Shown: positions 48,004 to 62,403, counted from the first letter of the stretch. The stretch: DNA of 64,000 nucleotides from Takakia lepidozioides (GCA_030704615.1 CM060733.1:16492001-16556000); one strand, 5' to 3'. The notes: generated from the letters alone by a model not told the origin. Program-made: numbers and translations.

Positions 48004-51000
48004 ATGAAGGTTGTTGACAAGATCAAGGATGGACTTAACAGCAATCGAGTTGTATTTTCTTTCGAGTTCTTTCCTCCCAGAACGGAAGAGGGAGTGGAGA
48101 ATCTCTTTGAGAGAATGGATCGCATGGTTGTGCACCAACCTGCCTTTTGCGACATTACTTGGGGAGCTGGGGGGTCCACTTCTGCTCTGACTCTTGACAT
48201 CGCCAACAAAATGCAAAACATGGTACGCCTGGTGACATATGGTGTTTGACTTATGAGGTGTGTGTCTCTGGCATGTCTCGTGTAGTCGTAAATTTTCAGG
48301 ACATATGGATAGGTTCTCTAGAAATATGATTGTCCATTTAGCGGAAGGAACTCTACCCTTAAATATTGGTGCCGACATGACCTCTGGTGGACGTTACTCT
48401 CGATTAGAGAACAGCTGTTTAGCTAGAATGGCACCACTGTAGGAGGCAGTTAGTCCTGGTGTGTTGCGAAGACCTTGGTAGGCAACCGCTTGCGTTCCGA
48501 AAAGCAAAGAGCTGGAAGCTGACGGAAAGGGACGTCGGAGATCTGAACCAGGGAAGACACCGGGAGGTCTGGAGAAAGAGTGGTTGAATTTTCCTTCTAC
48601 ATTTTGGCTGAACCTCACCACGTTTTATTGGTTGTCTGCGAGCTGGCAGGTATGTGTTGAAACCATGATGCATCTCACATGTACCAACATGCCAGTGGAG
48701 AAACTTGAGGAGGCCTTGGATGTGGTGAAGGCAAGTGGCATCCAAAATATTCTTGCTCTCCGTGGCGATCCCCCTCGGGGCCAAGACAAGTTTGTCACTG
48801 TGGAGGGTGGCTTTGCTTGTGCTCTTGATTTGGTAAGCCTTCCTTCCCTCGAACAGTTTGCATTTAGATGTCAATAATGAGGCCTTACAATACATCGAAG
48901 AATTTTTCTCCGTCTGCCTCTCCACTTACACAAGTGGTTACGCATTGTGGTCTAGTATGCTCACATTGGCACGGTTTTTGGGATAGCTTCTCAGGTTACC
49001 CTTTCTGTAAGAAAATTTGAAGGATTGTCTAGCCTTTTCCGATCAAATCCCCTTTACATTGCATAACTGGTGAAGCCACTAGGTTGCTGCGTTCGCTTTG
49101 TCTTGATAGTAGGGAAAGTTGGGTAGAGTTGGTTATGAGAATTTCTGTCATTACAGTCCCCCTTCTTGAAGTGGATAGGACCTCTGCTGCAAAGGGAGGC
49201 TAACATGGCTTTAGCCAACTTCTTCTGTCTCTTATGCTAACAGTGCCGCTGCTCAATTGTATAGGTGAGGCACATCAAGGAGAAGTACGGCGACTACTTT
49301 GGAATTACTGTTGCTGGATACCCTGGTTAGTTGCTCGCCTCCTCTGAAGCATGATTCCAATTATCCAACTATTCTGTAGAGTTATGTACCACGACTCTTT
49401 CTGTCACTTTGATCTTAGATGTATGGCAGAAGTAACCACTGAAAGATATCATGATTGAAGAACTACCGAACTTTTTTCCTTGTTGCCTTCATTGATGTCC
49501 ACTTTTCACAACTGTGGTGATTGCAGAGGCTCATCCGGAGGTAATATTTGAGGAGTCAGGAGCAACAGAGGAGGCGTACAGAAAGGATTTGGCCTATCTG
49601 AAAGAGAAGGTAGCTACGGTTGGACTGATACACAGATACACTGGAGTTTATGACTGTTTGTTTGGTTTACTCCGCTATTCTGCATGGTCCTGCCTGGCAG
49701 GTGTAGTGTGCTCCCCTAGTCTTTATATCTTCTCCATATGTTCTTCGGGTCTTTCTCTAACTTAGGTTTGTGTCATCTAAGTATGAAAGTATGGTGATTG
49801 GCAAATGGAGCCAAGTACAAAACGTTTATTTTTTGTGTGGCAGGTGGATGCAGGGGCAGAGGTGATTGTAACTCAGCTCTTCTATGACACTGATATCTTT
49901 CTCAAGTTTGTCAGTGACTGCCGTGAAATAGGGATCACATGCCCCATCGTACCGGGCATCATGCCCATCCAAAACTATAAGGGCTTTCAACGTATGACTA
50001 CACTTTGCAAAACTAAGGTGAGCAGCTCATTCATTCTCTCTTCCCTGCTTCACAAGTGTCTTCTGTGTTACCATTGACTTCATGACTTGCTTGCAGGACC
50101 TATGATTCCTATGTGTGCCACTCTCTCTTGGTTTAGATGGTAGGAAAGGCAGGTACTGCTACGTCATCATGTTGAAGGGTCATACGATATTGTGCACACG
50201 TTGACTTTTTGCCAACTTCAGAACAACAAGCTGCAGTTTGTCAGAATATGATGTCTTATGCACAAAGTTTTCTCCAGAAGACATTGCTTTTCATCAACTT
50301 CAGAACTGTAGGTACCTGCGGAGATCACAGCTGCACTCGAGCCAATCAAGGATAATGAGGAGGCGGTGCGTGCATATGGTATCCATTTAGCCACTGAAAT
50401 GTGCAAGAAGATACTGGCACACGACATCAAGATATTGCATATGTACTCCCTCAACCTGGAGAAGTCTGTCCTTGCCATTCTTCAGGTATCTCTTTCGAGC
50501 TGACCTTACATTCATCCCATCCAGTGCAGACTCCAAGGACAGGGTGTCTAAAGTCGTTGGGGGCTTGGGGTGATCTGTATAGAGAGGTCCAGGGTTTTGG
50601 CGTCACTTTACATGTAAGCAAAAGTCCATCCAAGATATGTACAGAAGTGTAACTGGATAGAGGAGGATGTGGAGTAGAGTGAATATTCTGTGAGTTTGAA
50701 GTCATGTTTTAAACAGGATTGTTTTCCCAGAGATGAGTAATCTGAATGTTATCCTGAAGTGAGATGGGCATGGCTGTTGTGTTCCAGAACTTGGGTTTGA
50801 TTGACTTCAGTAAAGTGAGGCGGCCATTGCCATGGAGGCCTCCTACCAATATCAAACGGACCAAAGAGGATGTGCGCCCCATTTTCTGGTGTGTCTAAGA
50901 CTCCAAGTGCGCTTATCTATCATAGAGATGTGTCCTTCCGGCATTTAGTGGTCTTCCAATCTCACGAGGAGTAATCTACAATCTGTGGCATGTATGCTCT

Positions 51001-52990
51001 GGACTTTAGAAGTCTTCACCGCAACACTCTACAAGGTTTTTGAGGCTTCTGGCAGTGATTCATGCACCCTAATTGTGCAGATTTGATGCAACTGAGTTAA
51101 GTATTTTTTCTTGTAATTGAATGTGTTGCTGGTGGAATGCATGAGCGTGCACTCATCTTCCAACTTATTCTCTCTGGACAGGGCGAATCGGCCTAGAAGT
51201 TACATCTCCCGAACGACATCATGGGATGAATATCCTCGTGGCCGCTGGGGCGATGCTCGCAGTCCCGCCTATGGCACACTCAGCGACTATCAGGTCAGTT
51301 CCCTCTATTAAGAGAAAAAGGGAGGGAGGAGGGTGTTCATTATTATTGGCTTGTTGGAGAGAGACAGAGGCCCATGTCTGTAAGGTGTTCATTGTAATAT
51401 GAGTAAGACTCCGTAAGATTGACTAAGTCAGGAATTAGAGTCGAGCATAGTGGTGTCTCTGGACCAAGTGTGCTAATGAACTAATACAAAGGATGTATAT
51501 GGAAGGGTAGTTTTTGAGGAAGCGTTCACGCAACAAGAAAATCCAAGAAGAGTGGGTGGTGCCACTGATTTCAGTCGAAGATGTCAACGAGGTAGGGATC
51601 TGGACTCTTCATTCCCATGGTTTCCAAAGAAAAAGCTGGCAGTCTGACAGCGGTGGACGGATTAGTCCTTTGTCTTCATGTTTAGGTTTTAGCGTAGATC
51701 CTGCAACTATGATCCCGAATATGGAGATCAGTTGAGTGAGATGGTGTATAACATTTTGACTGCATTTCTTGGTGGGCAGAGATTTTCGAAATACTGTTCA
51801 GGAGATCTCAGTACCATACCCTGGTCAGAGCTAGAAGGTCTGCAGCCTGAGACAGTGAAAATCAATGACAAGCTGGTGCTTCTCAACACTAAAGGCTTTC
51901 TCACTATAAACAGCCAGCCAGCTGTCAATGGTGAAAAGTCTGACTCTCCTAGCATTGGTATGTTGGACTTACCCGTTCTCCTGTGTTGTTGGGGGTAATC
52001 TTTCAAGTCTTAAAGTCAGCAACCTGATTATTCTAGCCTCCACTGTTATTCAGGCATAGCCACATGTGAAACATCCACCAGATTCAGTATTGCTCTTGTG
52101 TGGGGTCAACATCTCCTGTTATCTCAGCAGTGATTCATTACATTGCTTTAGATAACAGCTTCTGAGGGTACATGTCGCTGTAGTTGTTGTTGTGGCTTTA
52201 TACTTCAGATGCCGAAAAGGAGGGCAGAATCCCAGTAACCCTACCCAATCACTGTTATTATGGAGGTAGCTGTGAAGATAGAAAACATGTGATTGCCGTG
52301 TTGAGTGTTGTCTCGGAAAGAAGTCACTTGAGTGTTGTTTTCCATCATCTGTGAAAATCCTGGTACTTCGCAGGCTGGGGAGGCCCGGGTGGATATGTGT
52401 ACCAAAAAGCATATGTGGAGTTCTTTTGCTCCCCCACAAAGCTGCTGGGACTGATTGAGAAGGCCAAGGGGCTCCCATCCCTGACTTACATTGCAGTGAA
52501 TGCCAAGGGGGAAACCAAGTCAAATATTGGCCCCACCCATGTGAATGCTGTCACATGGGGCGTGTTCCCAGCCAAGGAAGTCATACAGCCAACTGTGGTA
52601 GACCCGGTGAGCTTTATGGTGTGGAAGGACGAGGCCTTCCAGGCTTGGGATACTGAATGGGCTGCCCTTTATCCGGAGGACGATTGCTCTCGGAAGACTC
52701 TTTCAGAGGTAGGTTTGTGAACTGTGTTTGCTAATTTTCTGGGATCTGGTTATGGTGATTTGAAGAGAGATTTGTCGAGGCATTGTGCATGTCATGAAGA
52801 GGAAGGGACTGACTTTGTACGAGAGAGCAGGAGAGCAATTATAACTGCCTTATCCAGTCTCCCCATTCCCAGTTTTGATGCATCTGTCTGTTTGTGATCC
52901 CCGCAGATCCAAGGCTCATATTTTCTGGTCAGTATTGTGGACAATAACTACATCCATGGTGACCTATTTGCCGCATTTGAGGGATTGTAA
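48004..52990 (+). CDS. MTHFR: Methylenetetrahydrofolate reductase (multi-exon, apparently intact)
   Basis: [20 protein letters not shown]; [20 protein letters not shown]; TQLFYD; [22 protein letters not shown]; [12 protein letters not shown]; YQKAYVEFF; NAVTWGVFP; stop TAA at 52988-52990. A 5'UTR intron probably spans ~47590-47974. Confidence 0.97.
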
Positions 52991-55449
52991 GAAGGCCTTT
53001 GTGCTTTTTTGTGAGCCTGGTGGGTCATTTGAGGTGCTATCTATGCAAGACAGCTTAGTAGTTGGTGCCGGGTCATTCAAGTAGGTCCTGTAGGGAGTAT
53101 CATTTAAAGTGTGTAATCATATGGGCAGAACATATATCTTGTCACTGCAGATTAAGTCTCTAGACTTAATCGCATCAGATCTGTGGGCTTGGTAGAGTAT
53201 TAGACAGGGCTCTGAGTTTGTATCGGTTTCAAAGTATTTTTGGCAGGAACATAACATTCTTATGACATTCTTTGACACTCAATTGTGTCCACATAGGATG
53301 GGGGTTATTGTGAACAGGCAAATGAACAAGCACACAAACAAAAACTAGTTTGCTAAACTTCCCGGGGTTGCTTTAATAATTGACCCTGGACTCTTGTAAG
53401 GACGGCAGCCCAAAATTTCAGGGCTGCATATGCCACGGGGTTATAAGTTAGAAGTGACTGAGCATGAACTTGACACACCGTCCCAGTGAAGTCAGCTGAC
53501 AGTTGCTGGATTAGTGTCCAGGCGTAGTGTCTCACTTTTCACGAGCACCCCTTTGCTTGTTATGCAATCCAAACTGGAATCTGAAATCTGCAGGCAGAAG
53601 TAATGCATTGAGTCCTGGCTTTGGGGTTAGTCTGGATTGCTCTAAACATCTGATGTGAGTTTAAGGCACTTGTGTGAGACTTAGATCCTTGTCTGGGTGT
53701 CAAATCCTCACCCTGTCCTGTCCAATGGCCCCTTGATGCTCCTCCTCCCCTCCTCTCCTCTTGCTCCCATTCTCCAGCACGAGACCTGGGGATGCTCTCC
53801 CCATGATGCTACAGTCATTTCCAAGTTAATGCGCGTGTGCATCTCCAGCCTAGTTGAGCTCAGACTGCACCGGATACAGGAAGGTAGGGAGGAGCAGGGC
53901 TGGAAAAGGGGAGGCGCCTTGAAAAATGCCTGATTTCTGAGCAGTCATGGTATTTCTCTTTAGTAAAAAATAAATGTAAATCGTTGAAATGCTTATGGGA
54001 AGATTACTGCTAAATTTGGGATGGTGTTGCCTACCCTACTTGCCTATGCTATTCGTCGGGACCCCGGACTAATTAATTTTTCTTAAAGAAGGGGTACGGC
54101 AGACTTTTTTATTATTTTATTTTATTTTCTGTAGTTCCTGAAATTTTCATGATAAATAATAAAAAACATATGTGTGTGGCTAGTGCAACGGTATTGCAAG
54201 TAAATTCGGAAGGGTAGGTATGGGGTCAAATTTTTGACATTCATTCGGAGGGTTTTATTTTAAATTTTTTTGGCAGTCTGTTTTTGCATTTAATTTTCAT
54301 CGGACAGCGTAGGCAGGTACGGTACTACCCATATGGTAATGTGTTTTGATGAAATTGGCCATAAAGGGCTTTACATCAATTGGTAGGAAAATTTGCCCAA
54401 TTTTTGCTACCTCACAACCAAGAGTTGTCCTCGATTTGTTTTGGGTGTGCATTGGTCTCTTCATGGGTAAAGAGGTCCTAAGTCTATTACAATTGCAAAA
54501 GGTTGAGCACTATAGTAATAAAATCCATTTTTTTGTTTTTTTGTTTTCTTTTTTCCAACTACCAACTGTTAGGAAAAGGTGAAAATGCTAGGTGAAATCG
54601 AATTTTATTTTGATCAGGAGGTAAATTTGATGTTCTTTTTCAAGTACAAAAGTGTCCACCACCATTACATGGCATTTAATTTTTTGTTGGGCTCTACCTG
54701 TCCCAAGGGAGCATTGCGACTTTCCATGTAAACCCATTATACTCAAGTCCTTGCCTCATTGTGACATGCTCCTGCTTTAAGTCTAGTATTGTGCCTAGAT
54801 TGCAAGACAAAGAAAGAGTGAAACTGGCCAGACCACTCTTCCATATGTGGATCAAACATACCTATGGTTCATTGCTATGGTTTCTTTATTGGGCTATGCA
54901 TGGAAGATATGGCACAAATAAAGTTGACCCACTGTGCAAATTAACTAGGTCATGAAACTTGCTATTGCAGATCGCCGAGATTCAATAGCTATGAGGCTAC
55001 ACACAAATTAACCTTGAACTGTAAGCCTATGCTTATGTTTCTTCCAACCATGATCAGTATAGAAGATATATGGTCTATCTCAAGATGATATCTTGTTGTG
55101 GAGACATTCAATACGTAGTGCCTGTAACCGTTTGTGAAAAAAAATTGTCCAAGCAAACACAAAGTAGTAAGATGTTTTATTCTTCTACAAAACAATATGC
55201 ATCAACGCACACTCCTCTTACCATAGACCCATGAATATACTTAAATCTCTTGCGTACTTTGTGTGTATCCAAATACTTATTCTCTAAATAAAATTTATTC
55301 ATGATATATATGAAATGAAGTTTATATATATACACACACATACACAACATGTTTATATTTCAAAAGTGGAATGTTAACCCAAGTACAAGTCTTAGTTGTC
55401 AACTATGCATTTTTTTTAATTATGTTTTGTTTTGGGTTTGGGTGATTGA

Positions 55450-55665
55450 TTGGCGACGGCAACGGACCGCCAAAACTAACAATTCCAATTCTATCCATTA
55501 AAAAAATTCAGGATTGCCAAAGCTGATTGGTCTCAAATTTATTCATTAAAAAAAAAAAAAACAGCATCTCCAGTCCTAGTGGTCCTGATTATATCTAAAA
55601 GCAAAAAGAAGATTTTTTTTGGGATTGCCAGCTTTGGCGGTTTGGATTTATATCCTCCACTAAAT

Positions 55666-55696
<31 letters not shown>

Positions 55697-56140
55697 ACCT
55701 GGAGGTCCCCATTTTATCCATAATTTATTAATCGGGACCGCCAGCTCTGGTGGTCTCAATATTATACCGAAGATAAAATAATGATAAAAATAACAATAAT
55801 AAAAATCAGGACCACTTAGGTTGGTGATCCTGATTTTATCCAAATAAAATAGAATAAAAATCAAGACTGTCAGCTCTCGCAATCCCGATTTTATCCAACA
55901 TAAAGGAAAAATTGGGACCGCCATTGTTGGCGGTCCCTATTTTATCAAAAGTGGAAAAATCAATAAAATCAAAACCACTAGAGCTGGCAATTCCGGATTT
56001 AATAAAAAATATTATAAAAATAATAATTGGACTACCACAGTTGGGGGTCCTGCATTTATTAAAACAATGAAAAAAATGACCGTGAAAACTAGGGTCCTAA
56101 GTTTATTAATTAATTTTAAAACAAAATGGGGACGTCAGAG
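55450..56140. repeat. Degenerate array of GGGACCGCCAGCTCTGGCGGTCCC-like palindromes in AT-rich spacers
   Basis: Variants at ~55621, 55733, 55809, 55913, 55973 and 56030. Confidence 0.6.
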
Positions 56141-56359
56141 CTGATCTGCGGCTTCTATATTATATAGGTGAATTATGCAATATTTAAAATTAAAGAAAAT
56201 TACTTTGCGTAAAGTCAATTTTTGAGATGATATGACGTGAAGTTTAGAGATGTACCTTAAAACTATGATAGAATTGAATAGTTGTAACTAATAGAGTTTC
56301 CGAGTCCATACAACTATTCAATTTCCGTAGATGATCGACATAAGATCGACCAAGGAGGG

Positions 56360-57850
56360 ATAGATAGAAGACTCCGGTCGAAGCTGGCGTAACTAAGAGC
56401 CACTTCGCCTTGCAGCTATTGCCCTCTTTCGGGGGTGGGCCCTATAAAAAGAAGGGTGTCTTGTGGGACACCAAGTGATCGGAGGAAATAGAAGGGTCGA
56501 TGGTACCCTTGGGTGACCTAGGGTGCGTTCGAAGAGCCGGATTCTAATTGGCGTTTGTTGGTGATAATAGCTGTGAGGGAGCGGAGCGCCGTGAGGTTGA
56601 TTGTTTTGAAACATTTATAGATGGGAGGATGGGGATTTTGAAGTTGTCGTGTATATCGTTGATACTAGCGTTATGAATGCCGCCTTGAGTACAGGCGGTG
56701 ATGACAGTTAATGGACCGGTTTTCCAGCCACGTCGACGGATCGCAAGGATAAGCGAGACATATTTTTGTCGTTTTTCTAGGATCGAGTCGTTGGGAAATT
56801 GGTCATGGCAAAATGTAACTTTGACGAAGTGAATAGTGATTTGTGGGGAGGGTGAGACGGGGGCAGGGTGTTAATGGGTAGGCCCTATACAAGGAGTATA
56901 TCCGGGCAGAGCCTAACGAAGGCAGGAACATGGCGATTGGGTACATATGCATGGTAGTAGCCATGGTGGTACTGTGTGGTCTAGCGGCCGACCTTGGTAG
57001 GTGCCAGCGTTAATGAGTGAGAACCACCAAGATTCGGCATGGCTTAGAAAGAGTTTATGGAGGTGCTAGACTGCGTGGTTGTGACGTGTGATATGAAGGC
57101 CATGTATAATTGGATGTGTGCATTGGCTGAGGAGGTGTGGCCAAGTATCGCATGCTTGATGAGTAGTTGAGCATAATGGGCAGTATGGGGATGGGAATAG
57201 ATGCGGCCAGAAGATATGTTTACGCTGATGCCCCATGTATTGGGCGTATCTGAATTTGAGTGTTTGTCGAATTTGTTCGTCAGTGGTAATTTTGGTTAGC
57301 CAGAAGTGATTTGAGAGTTTATGGTGCAAGACATTGGATTGAGTCCATTTTTTAGTGTGTACTTTGGTGTGGTTGATGGAAGCTGCAACTTGTTTATTTG
57401 CCTCCCAAGTAAGAGTGGACAGAAAATTACGGATTTAGGTGCAGGGAGGTCCGGGATGGGGTGTATAAACCAGAAGGGGTGTGTATGGGCAATGTGGATA
57501 GGGTCATCCGTGGGGTCAACTTTGGGTTTGGAGGCACCGAGTTGAGCGAGAGGGTCTGCTTCCTCATTACCATGAATGCCAGTGTGAGAGCGGACTTTGA
57601 GTAGGTGTACTGGGTGGTTCTTAGAAATGGCCTTGGTGACAATGACGACGGTGAGATTGCGGTCTGGGTTGTGGTGATGGGAAGAAAGGCGGGAAATGTG
57701 GTTTCGAATAAGGTATAGAGAGGTTAGGCTATTGATAAAGATGTAATATAGGGGGGGAGGAAGACATCAATGAGGGAGAGAGCATTGTGGATGGCCATAA
57801 GTTGAGCTCTGAGGATGGTGGCAGGGGAGGGATCGACATCTAATGGATAA
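56360..57850 (-). mobile_element. 5'-truncated non-LTR retrotransposon with RNase H, CCHC knuckle and restriction-like endonuclease (Dualen/RandI-like)
   Basis: TILRAQLMAI..AL; KVRSHTGIHGNEEADPLA; CPLC..DTWPHLLSQC..RHNHAV; ITIHFVKVTFCHD..EKRQKY. Confidence 0.75.
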
Positions 57851-58106
57851 TTTATTCTAACAGACAGATTATTTGAGAAGATATAAAATTTGGAACATGT
57901 TGACAAGAGTGCCTGATCCCTTGTGATAGAGTGTGTTGTTCGAATGAATTGTCCTTCTGGTGTTCATATGCTACAAAAATTTGGACTACTGCCTGCAAAG
58001 AGAGTTCATGTTGTTTTTAGTGACATTCCAAACAAGTTTAAAAGAGGAAAAAATACATCATACTAGTTGGAGATTCAAAATATTGTATGAATCCTTAAAC
58101 CCTATA

Positions 58107-60977
58107 ACGTAGCCTCTTATACCGTTGGGCAAAAAATAATTATTTTAAGCATTTGTCCAAAAATATATATAGAATTCAGAACTTAATAGTCCAATCATGC
58201 AAAATTATTGAAAACAACTGCTGAAATTTTATAAATTTTCATAAAAAATGCCCAAATCTTGAAAATTATGATTAAATATGTTTTGAAATTATCTTGATTC
58301 ATAGAAGTACATCGTGATAGTTCTGATTACTGTCAATCTATAGGCTATGAAAAGAAATCAAAATCAACCTACTTTTTCATAAGCTCAGTCCAGAAAACCG
58401 AGAGAAAATTGAGAGACACTCAATCATTACTTCAGAAACATCTTCAGCTAGTTCTTCTTCAACTACCACTAATTCAAATTCAGTACCGATAGATTGAGTC
58501 TCTGTAGACAAATCTGATAGAGCTATGTTGAATAAAGAAGAGGTTGCATTACATTCAATGGCCTCATTTTGAAACTCAACGTCAAAAGGTCTCCGTAGTC
58601 CGCAGGCTGACCAGCCTTTTCTAATCATACCCTCCATCCTCGCCACATCTTTCCACGACTGTAGTAACCAACCAGAAACCAGGTTTTTTAAGTTTTTTAC
58701 AGAAAGATCAAGTTGAACGTCTTTGGGAGCAACTTCTTTTTGAAGTTGTTGTCGAACTTGAGCGGAACGTCACTCTGAATACTGCATTTTGAAAGCATGC
58801 TTAAGAGGTCTCTGAAGGATAACATTTGCAGGTTGTAGCTTGCTGGTACAATTTGCAGGCACAAACAGAACGCAGATCTTCGGATGTTCAGCTTTCATCC
58901 AATCTAAAAATCCTTCGATTTGTGGAGAGACCAACAATCCAGAAGCCATATCATCTTCTGACTGGAGCCAAGCCCCAGGGCCTTAACCGTCATGCAATAA
59001 TAAGGAATCAACACGAATTGCACAAATTGCTTGCACGTATCTAGATTGGACCAATGGTTACTAGAAATGGTTAAGTGAAAACCTGCAGCCACACAGTCTT
59101 TACTGCATTGGCTAGAATGAAGACTGCGTGATGTTTTCCCTTTGAAAACAAGTGGAGCAAATTGCCATCGGCCGAGGATGAGACACAAGCTGTGATCTGT
59201 CTTTTATCTTCAACACCAAGAACATGAATGTGATCTTTTGCCCCTTTTATCTCCCATGTTCTTTCTCCGCCCATGGGAACTAAATGAATTCCAGTTTGAT
59301 CTGTGGTGATAATCAAACTTGACAGAATATTATAGACCAACTTAACTCACGATGAAGAAAATTACGGGTCCATGGCACAGTGACCCGAAATCGTCATTTC
59401 CCGTGATGAGAACTAAATAATTCCGGTGCCCTGATTTGAATAATGCCTTGAAGAATAGGAGCAATAATGGGGGCACAAAGAGATTGTCCAGCATCTCTCA
59501 TCCCATTAAGTAGTTCCACCATTTCTCGTACTAGTTCTGGTCTGTCTGAGAGATGACTTCATTTTGTCAATGCTCCAGTTTGAGCAAGCCCTCTTTCTAC
59601 TGCAACCTTATATTTAGATTTAAGCTCACCACTCGAAGTAAACCAATGATAGAGAGTACCTCTACTCAATTTATCAAATGGACTTCCAACGACTCCGGGT
59701 TTTTTGTGAGCTGTCCGCAAATACTGCAAAGCATCGGCCAATGTGTGGTTTCTTTGCACTGCAGCAGATATCAATGACCAAAATTCTGGTGTAAATCAAT
59801 TCATGTATGTCCCCCTTGATTTGACCTGTGTACATAGAAGTTCTTTTAAAGTCAATACCAAGTTCAAGATGATGCACAAAATGATATTATAATATAGATG
59901 GATAAATATAAAGAGAATATAACTGACCTTCTTCCGTGTAGATGAAGATACATCGTGTACCGCACTTGATTCACAACGACCAATGTCTATTATGTCATTC
60001 TGCTCGATCAATGAAACAGTACATACGTTTTGCTTACGAGGTCTCCCCACTGGCCGCAGTCCGCTTGATTTAGGCACATCGGTTTTCATTCTGCTCGCAA
60101 GATCTTGGATAAATCTTTCTTTGTCTTTGATAACCTGTCTATGCTTGGTTTCTTCATCAACTCTAAAAAATGAACTAGTGATACTGCATTGGAAAGACAT
60201 TTGGAAAACTACTGAAAGCTATTATATCCTTGTTTGGTCCCCGTCACAAATGCTCTGATCTCAAGTCAATAGTTCTAGATGATAGTTTCGGGCAAATCTA
60301 CGCAAACCTGGAGTTAGTAAACTGAGACGATAAAATGATTGTAATGTAGTAGAGCTTAGAATGTGTGGCATGATTGCTTCCTTTGCTGGAAGTTCATCTA
60401 TTTTTAGATAAGGTTCTACAAACCTTGTATCAAAATCCCTTGCAAGCTTTTCCAAAGTCAACACCACAATACTTTCTAGAGTGGAAAAATCACTTAGTTT
60501 TGCCATCAAACTTCCATGTATACATTGTGGTCTCTGCTTGCAACCTTGCAATGTTCTCTGCCCTCTCAATGCTAAAGCTGCTCTACTCAGTTCTCCTCTA
60601 TCTCAAAGTAACTTGTTTGCCTTTCAATCTACACCAAGCAAACAAGTGGATCGATGTTGTCAGATTGATTGACTTGATCCACGTAGCACCAAGTTGTGTC
60701 AAATAATGTAACGATACTCGTTATCACCTCAGAATAGTTGGATCGGTGCTGCCTAATTTATTTCAAATGAGATAAATTATTTAAGACTAGTTGGTAGGTT
60801 TGATAATTCATTACTCACCGACTCTTTGTCCAATTAATACTCATGACCTGTCTAAATTATTATAAACTTCATAACTGGATTGCCCAAATAAGATATATTA
60901 ATGTGATATTGCCCAACCGTTCAAAGAAAAAAAAAAATATTGGAAAATTTTCTGCCCAACCGTATATGAGGCTACGG
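58107..60977. mobile_element. pogo-like (Tc1/mariner superfamily) DNA transposon
   Basis: ~30-bp TIRs (a/c)cgtagcctc(t/a)tatac(c/g)gttgggca; TA TSD at 58105-58106 and 60978-60979. Confidence 0.9.
58400..60200 (-). pseudogene. pogo/Tigger-type DDE transposase, degenerate
   Basis: TTDQTGIHL..EDKRQITAC..FKGKT..SNHWSN..LLDCWSLH..FVPANCTSKLQPANV. Confidence 0.85.
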
Positions 60978-61507
60978 TAGTTGATTCCCAAGTTTCATCC
61001 ATGTTTGAATTTTCAACTAGTACGGTGTACTTTTTCTATTTTTAAGCTTGTTTTTAAAGACCAAGTAGGGATCGACATCTATCAAATGGGACCAATGGTG
61101 GTGTGGGAATACATAAAAGGCATCTATTTTTCCCTTGTGATACGATTGACATACTTTGTGAGAGTTGACCTTGCATAGTTCTATTTGGGCTAAATTAGGA
61201 ACAATCCTAGCACAAAATGCTTCTTGTAGATGTAAATTATTTTTGGGGCAAAGAAGCACATGTGATAGTTTGAATTTTTTTCTTGTTAATTAACATGAGC
61301 AGACTTGTTACAACACCCCCAAGTACCAATCATAATAAAGAATTAGAATACCTAATTCATCACAAAACTTAGTATCCACTACTTTATCCTGTTGACGAGG
61401 TTTGTATTTTCAAGTTCATTGCTAACGAAGCCCATTGAGGAGGAGGAGGCACTGACCCAATGAACCTTTCTATTATGCGCCTTCAACCGTCCATTGGCCC
61501 CTTGTGT

Positions 61508-62085
61508 TGAGCAGTAGGCTCCGTAAATTCACTGGACGTTAAACAAACTTTATTAGAATATCTTAGGACTCTTTACATGGACAAAGCATGCTAAGAATAA
61601 ATACAGTGAGCTATTACAAAAGAAGAAGATGAATGCAAAAATTTGAAACGGAGATAACCACTCTTATAGAAAGAAATGGAAAGAACCTCACCCCTCACCT
61701 CATATACTGCTGGAAAATGTTGGAATAAGATCCAAATAGGTAAAAGAAAGCTTAAAGTTAACTTTTAACTCCAAAACACTGAAAAGTTATTTTAATGTAT
61801 AAAATAGGAAAAGTTGCTTTGATACCTAGAACAGTGAGTCGAAACAAGATTGATTTATGTAATAAGTCCACCTAAAAGAAAGAAAAAAAAGTCCACCTAC
61901 TTGGGAGACAACCGTACTTAACTTGTCCACTGTTTTAAAAATATATGAAAGATTAAAAACGTTGCAGAGCCCAAGTTTACTTTTAAGAAAGAAAACAAAT
62001 CTCTAAAAAAAAACAAAAGAGTAAAGTAAAATGGAATGGGTGAAGTTTCTTTAATGTCCAGTGAATTTACAGAGCCTACTGCTCA
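61508..62085. mobile_element. MITE-like element with ~43-bp TIRs
   Basis: tgagcagtaggctccgtaaattcactggacgttaaa and its reverse complement at ~62043-62085; no clear TSD. Confidence 0.75.
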
Positions 62086-62403
62086 GTGACACACAGCCCA
62101 TGTGAAGCGAAGGACAAGTCAAAACTCAGGTCCTGGACGTTGAACGAGTGTGGTTCCAGTTCATGAGACAGGTTAAAGTGACACTAACTCTGTGACTAAG
62201 TAAAGTTAGAGTAGTGAGTGAGTGAGGATACGTACGTAGTGCAATATGTATATATGTATGTTGTGGATATTGTACGTGTACGTAGTACGTACCGTGTGCA
62301 GGTGAGTGCTGAGCTGACCAGTCCTGTGTGGCTGTATCCTGACGAGCTCGGTTGAGAAGATCACGATTTGTTCAAACAGAATTCTCCCACGTTTTCTCTA
62401 GAG

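Noticed and set aside
48004-52990. Functional link between MTHFR (methyl-group supply) and the neighbouring TE methyltransferases
   Set aside because: MTHFR is an ordinary host gene outside all element boundaries; proximity is most simply chance.
54021-54332. MITE
   Set aside because: The inverted repeat is weak and no TSD was found.
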